A stretch of 64,000 nt of DNA from Patescibacteria group bacterium. Lineage in GTDB: Bacteria > Patescibacteriota > Minisyncoccia > Minisyncoccales > Staskawiczbacteraceae. The position numbers were made by a program, and so were the translations under genes. The stretch is from NCBI GenBank assembly GCA_038065715.1, contig JBBTQL010000004.1, positions 35,693 through 99,692 of the forward strand, read 5' to 3'. The notes under the pieces are model-generated. The model ran no database searches and had not been told where the DNA came from. It was given only the letters and a program-made list of their open reading frames with translations. This document shows positions 52,822-62,916 of this stretch, piece by piece; within the stretch, counting starts at the first letter, position 1; each line of letters opens with the position of its first letter.

Positions 52822-53330
52822 AAAAAGGATTTATTAGAAATTTATTGCCTGACCATAGGTTTGAAAAAATTATAGATATTATGTCGGATTTTTTTTCAGG
52901 CAGTCAGCTTGTTATTTTTGATTTGGATAATACGCTGGTTTTTTCTGAAAAAACAGAATCGACAAAAGAAATTATTAATTGGATAGCTTCTATTAAAAAC
53001 AGATACAAGTGCGTATGTATATCCAACAGCAGAACTGCCAAAGATAGAGCTCAGAAAATTTCAAAAGCGCTTGACATTGATATTTTTTTAAGCAAAGAAA
53101 AAAAGCCATCAAAAAAGTTATTTGAGGAAATCAAAAAAAAATATAATTTAGGAAATGGCAAAATATTTGTTGTTGGCGACAGAGTTTTTACAGATATTTT
53201 GTTTGGCAATTTAAATGGGGCGGCAACTGTCTTAATAAAACCTTTAAGCAGGAAAGAAAATATTTTAATTAAAATTATAAGGAAAATTGAAAACGCAATT
53301 CTTTTTTTAGTCAATTTAATATATACTTAA
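52818..53330 (+). CDS. HAD-family phosphatase (YqeG-like)
   Basis: LVIFDLDNTLV motif I. VVGDRVFTDI motif. ATG overlaps the upstream stop (ATGA). Confidence 0.65.
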   Translation: MKKGFIRNLLPDHRFEKIIDIMSDFFSGSQLVIFDLDNTLVFSEKTESTKEIINWIASIKNRYKCVCISNSRTAKDRAQKISKALDIDIFLSKEKKPSKKLFEEIKKKYNLGNGKIFVVGDRVFTDILFGNLNGAATVLIKPLSRKENILIKIIRKIENAILFLVNLIYT

Positions 53331-53335
53331 AATAT

Positions 53336-54607
53336 ATGTATAAAAAAACAACATTAAAAAACGGATTAAGGGTGATAACAATTCCAATGGAAAACGCCAA
53401 TAGTGTTACTGTTTTAATCTTGGTTGGCACAGGTTCAAAATATGAAACAAAAGACATAAACGGCATTTCTCATTTTTTAGAACATATGTTTTTTAAAGGC
53501 ACTGAAAAAAGGCCAACCACTTTAAAAATTGCCGAAACCTTAGATATGGTTGGCGGCGAATATAATGCTTTCACATCAAAAGAAATTACTGGATTTTGGG
53601 CTAAAGTAGATAAAAAACACACAGATGTTGCTTTAGACTGGATATCTGATATGTTTTTAAATTCTAAATTTGACGAAAAAGAAATAGAAAGAGAAAAAGG
53701 AGTAATAATAGAAGAGGTAAATATGTATTTAGACACCCCAATGGCCTATGTTGGAGAATTATGGGAAGATTTGCTTTACAAAGACCAGCCGGCCGGCTGG
53801 CGGGTTATAGGCGAAAAAGAAAACATACTGAACTTTAACAGAAAAAAAATTATAAATTATTATAAAAATCATTATTCGCCAAAAAATACAATAATTTGCG
53901 TGTCGGGAGGCATTGAGCAAGATAAAATTGCATCAAAAATACAGAGTTATTTTTCCCCCTTCGGGGGATCCGCCGTAGGCGGAAAAGTTAAAGTAAAAGA
54001 ATACCAAAAAGAGCCTGAAATATTGTTTCACCATAAAAAAACAGACCAGACCCATTTTTGTTTAGGGGTAAGGGCATACGATATGTTTCATCAGCAAAAA
54101 TATGCTTTGGTTTTACTGGCTATTATTTTGGGGGGAAACATGAGCTCGCGTCTTTTTATTAAAGTAAGGGAAAGAAGCGGTTTGGCTTATTCTATTCACA
54201 CATCTGTTGACGCTTCTACTGACACCGGATATTTGGTCACGCAAGCTGGAATTGACCATAAAAATTTAGAAAAATCAGTAAAGCTTATTTTACAGGAATA
54301 TAAAAACATTAAAGATACAAAAATTACAGAAAGAGAATTGCAAAAGGCAAAAGATTATTTAAAGGGAACTATGTCTTTGTCTTTAGATTCGTCAGACAGC
54401 CAAGCTTCTTTTTATGCCGTGCAAGAATTGCTTGAAAAGGAAGTTTTATCTCCTGAAGAAAAGTTTAAAAAAATTGACACAGTTTCTGTAAATGATATAA
54501 AAAAGGTAGCAGAGGATATATTTTTACCAGAAAAGTTGAATTTGGCAGTTATCGGCCCGTTTGAAGAAAATAAAAAAGAAGAGTTTAAAAAAATACTAAA
54601 AATATGA
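53336..54607 (+). CDS. M16-family zinc peptidase (insulinase-like)
   Basis: HFLEHMFFKGT (HxxEH). In-frame GC insert at 53945-53972 (PFGGSAVGGK). Confidence 0.8.
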   Translation: MYKKTTLKNGLRVITIPMENANSVTVLILVGTGSKYETKDINGISHFLEHMFFKGTEKRPTTLKIAETLDMVGGEYNAFTSKEITGFWAKVDKKHTDVALDWISDMFLNSKFDEKEIEREKGVIIEEVNMYLDTPMAYVGELWEDLLYKDQPAGWRVIGEKENILNFNRKKIINYYKNHYSPKNTIICVSGGIEQDKIASKIQSYFSPFGGSAVGGKVKVKEYQKEPEILFHHKKTDQTHFCLGVRAYDMFHQQKYALVLLAIILGGNMSSRLFIKVRERSGLAYSIHTSVDASTDTGYLVTQAGIDHKNLEKSVKLILQEYKNIKDTKITERELQKAKDYLKGTMSLSLDSSDSQASFYAVQELLEKEVLSPEEKFKKIDTVSVNDIKKVAEDIFLPEKLNLAVIGPFEENKKEEFKKILKI

Positions 54608-55635
54608 GCCAAAGCCAAACATTGGACATTTCTTGGGAAGCTATAATAAAAATATTTATAGCAATTTTTGTTTTATATATGATTTATTTGGCGCGGAATA
54701 TCGTCCTTTGGTTTTTCTTTGGGCTGGCAATATCTGTTTTATTGGATCCTGCAATTAATTTTTTAAGAAAGCTATGGATACCTAAAATGCTGGCAATAGT
54801 TGTGATTTATTTTTCTATTTTTGGATTATTAGGAATTTTAATTTATTTAATGGCGCCTCTTTTTATAAGCGAGTTAAAGCAATTTTCCAGTTATTTGCCT
54901 GATTATTTTAATCAAATAAATCCGGTTTTGCAAAAATTCGGGATAGATGCCGCCCAAAGCTTTAACGAATTTATCGGTTCGCTGGTAGGCGGGTTAGAGC
55001 AAAGTTCAAGGGGAGTGATGGACGCATTATTCACATTCTTTGGAGGGTTATCTTCAACTGTTATTATTTTAACAATAGCCTTTTTTCTATCGCTGGAAGA
55101 CAGGGGCCCAGAAAAGTTTTTGGCGCTGGTTTCGCCTAAAAAATACCAGGATAAAATTGTTTTATTTTTTGAAAAAGCCCAGACTAAGGTTGCAGGATGG
55201 TTTGGCGCAAGGATAATTGCCTGTCTTTTTGTGGGAGCAGCATCTTTTATAGTATTTTATATTTTTAACATAAAATACGCCTTTTTATTGGCATTAATTG
55301 CCGGTATTTTTAATTTTGTTCCATATATAGGACCGTTAATAACCGCTATTTTGCTGATTGTATTTGTTTTTGTTTCTGCCGGATCTTGGCTTATTACAAT
55401 GTATATTTTGCTGGCTATTTGGGTTGTTCAGATAATAGAAAATAATATTTTAACTCCTTTTTTAATGAAAAAAATGATAGACATTCCGCCAGTTTTAGTT
55501 TTAATATCTTTGCTGTTTGGAGCCAAAGTTTTTGGTTTTTTGGGGACTATATTTGTAGTGCCAGTTTTTGGAATTATATATGAATTTACAAAAGAGATGC
55601 TGGAAAAGAGAAAAGAAGAAACGTTTTCTGATTAA
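54604..55635 (+). CDS. AI-2E family transporter (PerM/YhhT-like)
   Basis: 343 aa with 7-8 TM helices and typical AI-2E topology and length. Confidence 0.55.
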   Translation: MSQSQTLDISWEAIIKIFIAIFVLYMIYLARNIVLWFFFGLAISVLLDPAINFLRKLWIPKMLAIVVIYFSIFGLLGILIYLMAPLFISELKQFSSYLPDYFNQINPVLQKFGIDAAQSFNEFIGSLVGGLEQSSRGVMDALFTFFGGLSSTVIILTIAFFLSLEDRGPEKFLALVSPKKYQDKIVLFFEKAQTKVAGWFGARIIACLFVGAASFIVFYIFNIKYAFLLALIAGIFNFVPYIGPLITAILLIVFVFVSAGSWLITMYILLAIWVVQIIENNILTPFLMKKMIDIPPVLVLISLLFGAKVFGFLGTIFVVPVFGIIYEFTKEMLEKRKEETFSD

Positions 55636-56078
55636 AATTTTAATAAAATAACAGAAATAATAATTATTATAATCTGGCTTGAAATTCTCCATAAGTTGGA
55701 GATTTTTTTGTGTTTTAGAAAATGGTTTTTTTCGTGAAAATTACTATGAATTTGCAATAATCTGTTTCTAAAAATCATATTTAAAATATTAAGTATGTCG
55801 GGCAGGACGGCAAAAAAAGCCACTATAAAAATTATTGGCTGGCTGTTTGAAAATATTAAAATAAGAAGTATTCCAAGAGAAAAATCCAGGAATACTCTTA
55901 AAAAATCCGGGAAAGCTTTAAGCCATTGCCTATTTTTAATATTTTCAATAGGATATTCAATATGGGGAATAGCATCTAAAATATAATGGCTTAAAAAGCT
56001 TAAAGTTATTGATAGTGGAATATATTTTATTTTAGAAGCAATAACAGCCCCTAAAAGCAGGTGCGCAATTAAAATCAT
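55632..56078 (-). CDS. Hypothetical membrane protein
   Basis: 148 aa with 4 TM helices. Confidence 0.35.
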   Translation of the reverse strand: MILIAHLLLGAVIASKIKYIPLSITLSFLSHYILDAIPHIEYPIENIKNRQWLKAFPDFLRVFLDFSLGILLILIFSNSQPIIFIVAFFAVLPDILNILNMIFRNRLLQIHSNFHEKNHFLKHKKISNLWRISSQIIIIIISVILLKF

Positions 56079-56135
56079 ATGAAATTTAATAAAAAAATGA
56101 TAAAATCAACTTAAACCAATTAGACCTATTATACT

Positions 56136-57569
56136 ATGTTTGGCAAAAAGAAAAAGTTTTATATAACGACAACTTTGCCCTATGTTAATGCCGACCCGCA
56201 TCTCGGCCATATTTTAGAATTTGCGCAAGCAGATGTGGCTGCGCGATATCATAAGTTATTAGGCTATGATGTATTTTTTAATACAGGCGTTGACGAGCAC
56301 GGATTAAAAATTTATCAAAAAGCGCAGGAAAGAAAATTAGATCCGCAGGAATATTGCGATATTTATGCTAAAAAATTTGATAATTTAAAAAGCGCGTTTA
56401 ATCTAAGCTATAATAGTTTTATTAGAACCACAGACGAACATCACATTAAAGCCGCGCAAGAATTTTGGCGACGATGCCAAAAGAACGGGGATATTTATAA
56501 AAAAATATATAAAATAAAATATTGCATCGGCTGCGAATTAGGAAAAACTGAATCAGAAATAGTTGGCGGCAAATGCCCCATACACCCAAATTTAGAAATA
56601 GAAATTATTGAAGAAGAAAATTATTTTTTTAAGTATTCAAAATATCAAAAATCACTTTTAAATTTTTATAAAAAAAATGCAGATTTTGTTGTTCCAGAAT
56701 CAAGATTTAACGAAATAAAAGAATTTACTAAAAGAGGTTTGGAAGATTTTAGCATATCCAGACTAAAAGAAAAAATGCCATGGGGCGTTCCAGTTCCCGA
56801 TGATAACAATCATATTATGTATGTTTGGTTTGATGCCCTTGTAAATTATATTTCTGCTTTAGGCTGGCCTGAAAATTCAAAACAATTTAAAGATTTCTGG
56901 CCAGGACTCCAAATAGCAGGAAAAGACAATCTTCGCCAGCAGTCTTCAATGTGGCAAGCTATGCTTATGTCTGCTGGACTGCCAAATTCAAAACAGATTT
57001 TTATTCATGGATTCATTACGGTAAATGGGCAAAAAATGTCAAAGAGCTTGGGAAATGTAATTGACCCGTTTGAGTTAGTAAAAAAATATGGAACAGATGC
57101 CGCGCGTTATTATTTATTGAGAGAGATTTCTCCAACAGAAGACGGCGATTTTACTTATGAAAAATTTGAGCGAAGATATAATTCAGATTTAGCTGGAGGA
57201 ATAGGAAATTTAGTTGCAAGAACAATGGCTCTGTTTTTAAAACTGAATATAAAGACAAAAAAACCAAGCTTGTTTATAAAAAAGGCAGTAGAAAAGGCCA
57301 ATAAAGATTGTTTTGGCTTTTTAGAAAATTACAAATTCAGCGATTCATTAAAATCAATTTGGGAGCTTATTTCTTTTTGCGACAAATATATAAATAATGA
57401 AAAGCCGTGGGAAAACAATGGCAGTTCTTTGCAAGTTATTTCAGATGTAATTTTTGCTTTGGAAAATATTGTAGAATTATTGAGTCCATTTTTGCCAGAA
57501 ACATCAGAGAAGATTAAAAAAATAATTAAAGCCGGAAAAAATTCAGAAATTCTATTTCTAAGGATTTAA
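56136..57569 (+). CDS. metG: Methionyl-tRNA synthetase
   Basis: TTLPYVNADPHLGHILEFAQADV (HIGH). KMSKSLGN. CxxC zinc knuckle. Confidence 0.9.
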   Translation: MFGKKKKFYITTTLPYVNADPHLGHILEFAQADVAARYHKLLGYDVFFNTGVDEHGLKIYQKAQERKLDPQEYCDIYAKKFDNLKSAFNLSYNSFIRTTDEHHIKAAQEFWRRCQKNGDIYKKIYKIKYCIGCELGKTESEIVGGKCPIHPNLEIEIIEEENYFFKYSKYQKSLLNFYKKNADFVVPESRFNEIKEFTKRGLEDFSISRLKEKMPWGVPVPDDNNHIMYVWFDALVNYISALGWPENSKQFKDFWPGLQIAGKDNLRQQSSMWQAMLMSAGLPNSKQIFIHGFITVNGQKMSKSLGNVIDPFELVKKYGTDAARYYLLREISPTEDGDFTYEKFERRYNSDLAGGIGNLVARTMALFLKLNIKTKKPSLFIKKAVEKANKDCFGFLENYKFSDSLKSIWELISFCDKYINNEKPWENNGSSLQVISDVIFALENIVELLSPFLPETSEKIKKIIKAGKNSEILFLRI

Positions 57570-57600
57570 AGGTGTTTTTTAGTTGTACTTGTTGACGCTA

Positions 57601-57629
57601 TTGACTTTATTTTAGCATTATGATATCAT
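57601..57629 (+). promoter_or_regulatory. Promoter TTGACT-N17-TATCAT upstream of csrA
   Basis: ttgact 57601-57606, 17-nt spacer, tatcat 57624-57629. The leader has a 9-bp hairpin (taactcttt/aaagagtta) and a C7 tract at 57675-57681 just 5' of the SD aaaggagag. Confidence 0.45.
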
Positions 57630-57698
57630 AAAAGTAACTCTTTATTTCAGTCAAGATGACCGAAAAGAGTTAGACCCCCCCAGAAAGGAGAGTGCAAG

Positions 57699-57953
57699 AT
57701 GCTGGTTTTGTCCCGCAAGAAGAACGAGAGCATTGTCATCAACGACGATATCACGATTGTCGTGATAGAAATCCGCGGCGACAAGGTTCGCCTCGGCATT
57801 GATGCGCCAAAAGAGGTGCCTGTCCACCGGCGCGAAGTGTTTGACGCGATACGTCGCGATGATGCTTCAGCAGCTAGTACGGGGATTAAAACCTCCGAGA
57901 CCCCCGATAATCTGGAGGATCCCGCCGAGGAAAGCCCTCAAGACCCAGGTTAA
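57699..57953 (+). CDS. csrA: Carbon storage regulator CsrA (GC-rich, with an acidic C-terminal extension)
   Basis: MLVLSRKKNESIVINDDITIVVIEIRGDKVRLGIDAPKEVPVHRREVFDAI aligns along its full length with CsrA/RsmA. ~55% GC against a ~33% background. Confidence 0.8.
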   Translation: MLVLSRKKNESIVINDDITIVVIEIRGDKVRLGIDAPKEVPVHRREVFDAIRRDDASAASTGIKTSETPDNLEDPAEESPQDPG

Positions 57954-57987
57954 TTCTTGGGAACACAGCACAAGGCGCGAAAGCGCA

Positions 57988-58019
57988 TAACGGATAACCG
58001 CTGGTTATCCGTTTTTTTA
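57988..58019 (+). terminator. Intrinsic terminator (cggataacc/ggttatccg + T7)
   Basis: aacggataaccgctggttatccgtttttttat. Confidence 0.6.
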
Positions 58020-58036
58020 TTTGTTATTATAAAAAC

Positions 58037-58945
58037 ATGATTATTGATACACATTCTCATTTAAGTTTTAAGGCATATGATAGCGATAGAGATGAGGTTA
58101 TAAAACGCACTCAAAAAGAGGGTGTTGTTTGTATTGATGTTGGCACAAAATATGAAACAAGCAAAAGGGCAGTTGAATTAGCAGAAAAATATGAAAATAT
58201 ATATGCAGCCGTTGGAATGCATCCAATTCATATAAAAACAGATTTATTAAAATTAAAATTAGACAAAGAAGAGGGCGCATTTGCTCCGCTTGGCGAAGAG
58301 TTTGATAAAGCGAAATACAGAGAACTTGTTATAAATAGTGAAAAAAAAGCCGAAGGTCCTAACTCGAGAAGGACCGAAGGCTCTGAGGAGCTAAAGCGAC
58401 GAAGAGTGGTAGCGGTTGGTGAAATTGGATTAGACTATTATTATAAGCCAAAAGGAACAGCTAAAAAAGAACAATTTAAAGAAAAACAAAAACAAGTTTT
58501 TTTACAGCAATTAGAATTGGCAGAAGAATTAAATTTACCGGTAATTGTTCATTGCAGAATGGCGCATCAGGATGTTATAGAAATTTTGAAAAATAAAAAT
58601 GTTGAAGGAGTTATTCATTGTTTCACAGGAAATTGGGAAGAAGCGCAAAAATATATAGATTTAGGATTTTATATTGGCTTAAACGGAATTATTTTTTCTG
58701 CCCTAGGCAGACCCGCCTCGGGCGGGAAATTACCGCTAGATGATGTTGTTACGCAGTGTCCCCTAGATAAAATTTTAACAGAAACAGATTGCCCATATTT
58801 AACACCCTTGCAGGAAAACGGAAAAAGAAACGAACCGATTTTTGTAAAACACGTTATTCAAAAAATCGCTGACTTAAAAAGTGTTAGTTTCGCCGAAGTT
58901 GCCGACAAAACTACCCAAAACGCCAAAAAATTATTTAATATTTAA
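58037..58945 (+). CDS. tatD: TatD-family metal-dependent hydrolase
   Basis: MIIDTHSHL start. Conserved His/Glu/Asp positions. Two in-frame GC inserts (58349-58381; 58698-58726). Confidence 0.85.
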   Translation: MIIDTHSHLSFKAYDSDRDEVIKRTQKEGVVCIDVGTKYETSKRAVELAEKYENIYAAVGMHPIHIKTDLLKLKLDKEEGAFAPLGEEFDKAKYRELVINSEKKAEGPNSRRTEGSEELKRRRVVAVGEIGLDYYYKPKGTAKKEQFKEKQKQVFLQQLELAEELNLPVIVHCRMAHQDVIEILKNKNVEGVIHCFTGNWEEAQKYIDLGFYIGLNGIIFSALGRPASGGKLPLDDVVTQCPLDKILTETDCPYLTPLQENGKRNEPIFVKHVIQKIADLKSVSFAEVADKTTQNAKKLFNI

Positions 58946-58992
58946 AACAAAAAAAGACCGCCCTTAGACTTTGCTCAAGGCGGTTTTTGATT
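58945..58992. terminator. Bidirectional terminator between tatD and the convergent gene
   Basis: accgcc/ggcggt stem flanked by A-run and T-run. Confidence 0.5.
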
Positions 58993-58998
58993 CGGAGA

Positions 58999-59337
58999 TC
59001 AACGGTCCACAATGCGCGTAACACACCATTCTTTCAAAACATCTTCTGACACACTATAAACAATGGTGTATACCGTTTTTCCGTGTTCATCTTTTGATGT
59101 TAGCACGGCCATGTTTTTTTTGAAGTCGGCGAAGTATAAGTTGTATGTTACACCTGCTTTGATCATCTCGCCTTCGGAAACAGGATTTTGAGATTTGACC
59201 ATTTCCATGATTGTCAAAGAAAGTTGGTCAATTTGACGCTGTTGGTCAATAAATTGTCCCATAAGAGTGACATAAACAATCGTCACAGTTACAAGAAAAA
59301 CACCAAAATGTGTTGGGGCAGTAAGAATTCTTTTCAT
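58999..59337 (-). CDS. Hypothetical membrane-anchored protein
   Basis: 112 aa with an N-terminal TM helix and an SD ggaggtg. Confidence 0.4.
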   Translation of the reverse strand: MKRILTAPTHFGVFLVTVTIVYVTLMGQFIDQQRQIDQLSLTIMEMVKSQNPVSEGEMIKAGVTYNLYFADFKKNMAVLTSKDEHGKTVYTIVYSVSEDVLKEWCVTRIVDR

Positions 59338-59467
59338 TTCACACCTCCGATGGTTGAAAACCTTGTTTAAAGAGGCGAAATGCCTCTTTGTTTGTGCTGG
59401 TTGAAGATTATCATATTATTATATTAATGTCAAGATTTACCAGATCAAATAATTCTGTTATTATTAT

Positions 59468-62014
59468 ATGAATATGGCAAAATATAATCCTCAAAAAATT
59501 GAGAAGAAATGGCAAGAGGCTTGGTATAAATCAAGCATTTTTAAAGCTAAAAACGGGTCTAAAAATAAGAAATTTTACCTTTTAGTGGAGTTTCCTTATC
59601 CTTCGGGAGACGGGCTTCATGTCGGCCATTGCCGAAGCTATACTGCCTTAGATATTATTGCCAGAAAAAAAAGAATGCAGGGATTTAATGTTTTATTCCC
59701 AATGGGCTGGGACGCTTTTGGATTGCCAACTGAAAATTATGCCATAAAAAAGGGAGTACACCCGTCTGTTGTGACAAAAAAGAATACAGATAACTTTAGG
59801 CGGCAGATGAAAAGTTTGGGGCTTTCTTTTGACTGGAGCCGAGAAATAAATACCACAGACCCAAAATATTATAAATGGACGCAGTGGATTTTTTTGCAGT
59901 TATTTAAAAATAACTTGGCTTATAAAGATAAAATTGCAATCAACTGGTGCCCTAAAGATAAAATTGGATTGGCAAATGAAGAAGTGATAAATGGCAAATG
60001 CGAAAGATGCGGCGCAAAAGTTGAAAAAAGAGATAAAGAGCAATGGATGATAAAAATTACAAAATATGCCGACAGATTAATTGAAGATTTAAATTTAGTT
60101 GATTATTTAGAAAAAATAAAAATACAGCAGAAAGATTGGATAGGCGAGTCACATGGAGCGTTGATAAAATTTTCGTTAGAAGGAAGCGAAGAATTCATAG
60201 AAGTTTTTACAACCAGAATAGACACAATATTTTCTGGCACGTTTTTAATTTTATCTCCAGGACACAATTTTATAGATAAATATAAAAATAAAATTGAAAA
60301 CATTGATGAAGTTTTAAAATATAGAGAAACCGCAAAAAATACTTCTGATATAGATAGAACTAATCAAGATAAAGATATTACAGGAGTGGAATTAAAAGGA
60401 ATTACAGTAAAAAATCCTGCCACAAATGAAGAAATGCCAGTTTGGACAGCTGATTTTGTTTTAGAGCAATACGGAACAGGAGTCGTTTTTGCTGATGCCC
60501 ATGATAAAAGAGATTTTAAAATGGCAAAAAAATATGGGATACCTTTGCGAACTTCAATAAAACCAGAAAATGAACTATCGGCGCAAAAAGCAAAAAATTT
60601 GGAAGAATGTTTTGAGGGCGAAGGCGCTCTTTATAATTCTATGCATTTTGACGGCTTAACTTCTTCTGAAGCCCGACCTAAAATAATTTCTTGGTTAAGG
60701 GAAAAAGGATATGCGGAAAACAAAATAAGCTATAAGCTTCGAGATTGGGTTTTTTCGCGCCAGCATTATTGGGGCGAGCCAATACCAATGATTTTTTGCG
60801 TAAAATGCGGTTGGCAGGCTGTTTTAGAAAAAAATCTGCCCGTTGAATTGCCTAAGGTAAAAAAATATCAGCCAACAGATACAGGCGAATCTCCTCTTTC
60901 TGCTATTGAAAAATGGGTAAATGTAAAATGTCCAAAATGCAAAGGACCGGCAAAAAGAGAAACAGACACAATGCCTAATTGGGCAGGTTCAAACTGGTAT
61001 TACTTGGCATATACTATGCCAAAAATTTCAAATTTCAAATTTCAAATTTCAAATTCTGCGAAAGAATTTTCGCAGTGGATGCCAGTTGACTGGTATAATG
61101 GCGGAATGGAGCACACAACTTTGCATTTATTGTATTCAAGATTTATTTTTAAATTTTTATGGGATATTGGAGCTGTTCCAAAAATAATTGGGGCAGAACC
61201 ATATAAAAAAAGAACTTCGCATGGAATGATTTTAGGCGAAGGGGGAATTAAAATGTCAAAGTCAAAGGGAAATGTAATAAATCCAGATTCAGTTGTGAAA
61301 CAATATGGAGCCGACACCTTAAGAGTTTACGAAATGTTTATCGGGCCTTTTGAGCAAATGATTCCTTGGGATATAAAGGGGGTTGTTGGTTCGCGCAGGT
61401 TTTTAGAAAAAATTTACAACTTAGTTTTGAAGAAGGCAATTCCGGCAAAAATCCCGACGGTCTCGCCGTCGAGGACCCGCGACGAAGTCGGGGCAGAAGA
61501 AAATTTTAAAAAACTTTTGCATAAAACAATAAAAAAGGTTGGTGACGATATTGAGGCAATGAAATTTAACACAGCAGTGAGCTCTTTAATGGAATTTGTA
61601 AATGCATGGAGCATTGCTGAAAATAGTTTAGATAAACCAGCCTCCGATAAAGGCTACGGCTTGGCGAAGAAAGATTTGCAAGAATTTTTAAAGATTTTGT
61701 CGCCTTTTGCCCCGCATTTGTCAGAAGAGCTTTGGCAAAGAGCTGGATTTAAAGGTTTGTGCTGCGCTCAAAAATGGCCTAAGTATGACGAAAAATTAAT
61801 TGAAGAAAAAAACATATTGCTTATTGTGCAAATTAACGGTAAAGTTAGAGATAAAATAGAAGTTAACGCAGGCATTACTCAAAAACAAGCTGAAGAAATA
61901 GTTTTAAAATTAGAAAAAATTAAAAACCGTATAACTAATATTAAAGAAGTGGAAAAAGTTGTTTTTGTGCCAGGTAAGTTAATAAATTTTGTGACTATTG
62001 ACAAGGATAAGTAA
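59468..62014 (+). CDS. leuS: Leucyl-tRNA synthetase
   Basis: HVGHCRSYTALDIIARKKRMQGFNVLFPMGWDAFGLP (HIGH region). KMSKSKGN. 848 aa. Heptamer array + hairpin at 61023-61077 and palindrome at 61453-61494 are in-frame. Confidence 0.9.
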   Translation: MNMAKYNPQKIEKKWQEAWYKSSIFKAKNGSKNKKFYLLVEFPYPSGDGLHVGHCRSYTALDIIARKKRMQGFNVLFPMGWDAFGLPTENYAIKKGVHPSVVTKKNTDNFRRQMKSLGLSFDWSREINTTDPKYYKWTQWIFLQLFKNNLAYKDKIAINWCPKDKIGLANEEVINGKCERCGAKVEKRDKEQWMIKITKYADRLIEDLNLVDYLEKIKIQQKDWIGESHGALIKFSLEGSEEFIEVFTTRIDTIFSGTFLILSPGHNFIDKYKNKIENIDEVLKYRETAKNTSDIDRTNQDKDITGVELKGITVKNPATNEEMPVWTADFVLEQYGTGVVFADAHDKRDFKMAKKYGIPLRTSIKPENELSAQKAKNLEECFEGEGALYNSMHFDGLTSSEARPKIISWLREKGYAENKISYKLRDWVFSRQHYWGEPIPMIFCVKCGWQAVLEKNLPVELPKVKKYQPTDTGESPLSAIEKWVNVKCPKCKGPAKRETDTMPNWAGSNWYYLAYTMPKISNFKFQISNSAKEFSQWMPVDWYNGGMEHTTLHLLYSRFIFKFLWDIGAVPKIIGAEPYKKRTSHGMILGEGGIKMSKSKGNVINPDSVVKQYGADTLRVYEMFIGPFEQMIPWDIKGVVGSRRFLEKIYNLVLKKAIPAKIPTVSPSRTRDEVGAEENFKKLLHKTIKKVGDDIEAMKFNTAVSSLMEFVNAWSIAENSLDKPASDKGYGLAKKDLQEFLKILSPFAPHLSEELWQRAGFKGLCCAQKWPKYDEKLIEEKNILLIVQINGKVRDKIEVNAGITQKQAEEIVLKLEKIKNRITNIKEVEKVVFVPGKLINFVTIDKDK

Positions 62015-62025
62015 ATATGCTATGA
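61998..62025 (+). promoter_or_regulatory. Promoter TTGACA-N16-TATGAT of the DGR-B target gene
   Basis: ttgaca 61998-62003 (inside the leuS 3' end) and tatgat 62020-62025. Matches the DGR-A promoter. Confidence 0.45.
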
Positions 62026-62201
62026 TTAATAATACAGCTCTTTTTAAGTGAAAATACTTGCAAAAACAGCGGTTATAGCCAAAAGCGACCGAAGGTCGTC
62101 CTGAGCAGAGCCGAAGGACAACAAATCGGTATTTTCTGGCTATGACTGCTATGGTAGTAGTCAAGCGAAATGGTGAAACCCTAAAGAAAGGAAAAAGCAC
62201 C

Positions 62202-62822
62202 ATGTCGTACGACAAGCAGACAGCCGAGTTCATCGCCACTGTGGTGCAGAACATCCCCAAAATGTCAGGCGATGTTATGCAGGGTTGGATTGGGAATCCA
62301 AAAGCGCTACAGAAGCTCCTCTTGGGTCTATGCCCTTCTGTCAATGAGCCCAAGGAAGTCTCGTTGCTCCGCAAGCTCGCCAGCGTTCAGGTGGAGGGCG
62401 TTGCAAGATTCGTCGTTGACGACGATACCCTGCAGGCGGCCAACATCGGCTGGACTGGCGACAACTTCAAAAAGTTTTTCGCCAAGAAGGTTGAGGAGGA
62501 TGTTCCCGCCTGCGCTATCGCTGTTCACCGGCTGGAACGCGCGTCTTCGGATGCGCCCATTCTCACCGAACTCGGTGACCGCGCCGAAATCAGCCTCGCG
62601 CACCTGTTCGAGCTGATCAAAAAGCAGTCCAAGGGCGAAACTGGCCAGTTGTTGGTTAATGGTTATGCGAATGTCGCATATGTCCGTGGAACCGATGGCA
62701 ACCTCTGGGCTGTGCTTGCGGCCTGGCGCTCTTACTGCGGTTGCTGGGGTGTCGAGGCTGACTCGGTTGAGGATCCGGACGGGTGGCGCGGTAGCCGCCG
62801 GATTCTCTCCCGCGATTCTTGA
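62202..62822 (+). CDS. DGR variable (target) protein B, with the variable region at the extreme C-terminus
   Basis: SD aaaggaaaaagcacc then ATG at 62202. ~57% GC. Last 36 codons = VR-B. The ORF track's upstream ATG (62142) lies in the conserved leader. Confidence 0.7.
   Translation: MSYDKQTAEFIATVVQNIPKMSGDVMQGWIGNPKALQKLLLGLCPSVNEPKEVSLLRKLASVQVEGVARFVVDDDTLQAANIGWTGDNFKKFFAKKVEEDVPACAIAVHRLERASSDAPILTELGDRAEISLAHLFELIKKQSKGETGQLLVNGYANVAYVRGTDGNLWAVLAAWRSYCGCWGVEADSVEDPDGWRGSRRILSRDS
62704..62813 (+). repeat. DGR-B variable repeat (VR)
   Basis: 110 nt aligned to TR-B (63165-63274). Substitutions essentially only at TR adenines (TR tac ggt tac tgg aat ... aac vs VR tgc ggt tgc tgg ggt ... 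gac). Shared 3' attctctcccgc. Confidence 0.8.
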
Positions 62823-62867
62823 AACTTAATCCTTTTGGGATTTTGGATCTTGAATCCTTTGAATCTA

Positions 62868-62916
62868 TGGCTCTCTGAAACTTTGAAAAAAGTAGTAAGA
62901 GAGCCTTTTTGTTTTG
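62868..62916 (+). terminator. Intrinsic terminator after target B (ggctctct/agagagcc + T-run)
   Basis: 8-bp stem, 22-nt loop, ttttt gtttt. Confidence 0.5.

Noticed and set aside
62142-62201. Upstream ATG start (62142) for target B given in the ORF track
   Set aside because: The region 62142-62201 belongs to the non-coding leader conserved with DGR-A, where it is clearly untranslated. The ATG at 62202 has a proper SD (aaaggaaaaagcacc).
62272-62616. Alternative-frame ORFs inside target B (62272..62616 +, 62328..62603 -)
   Set aside because: Same GC-driven open-frame artefact as in target A.
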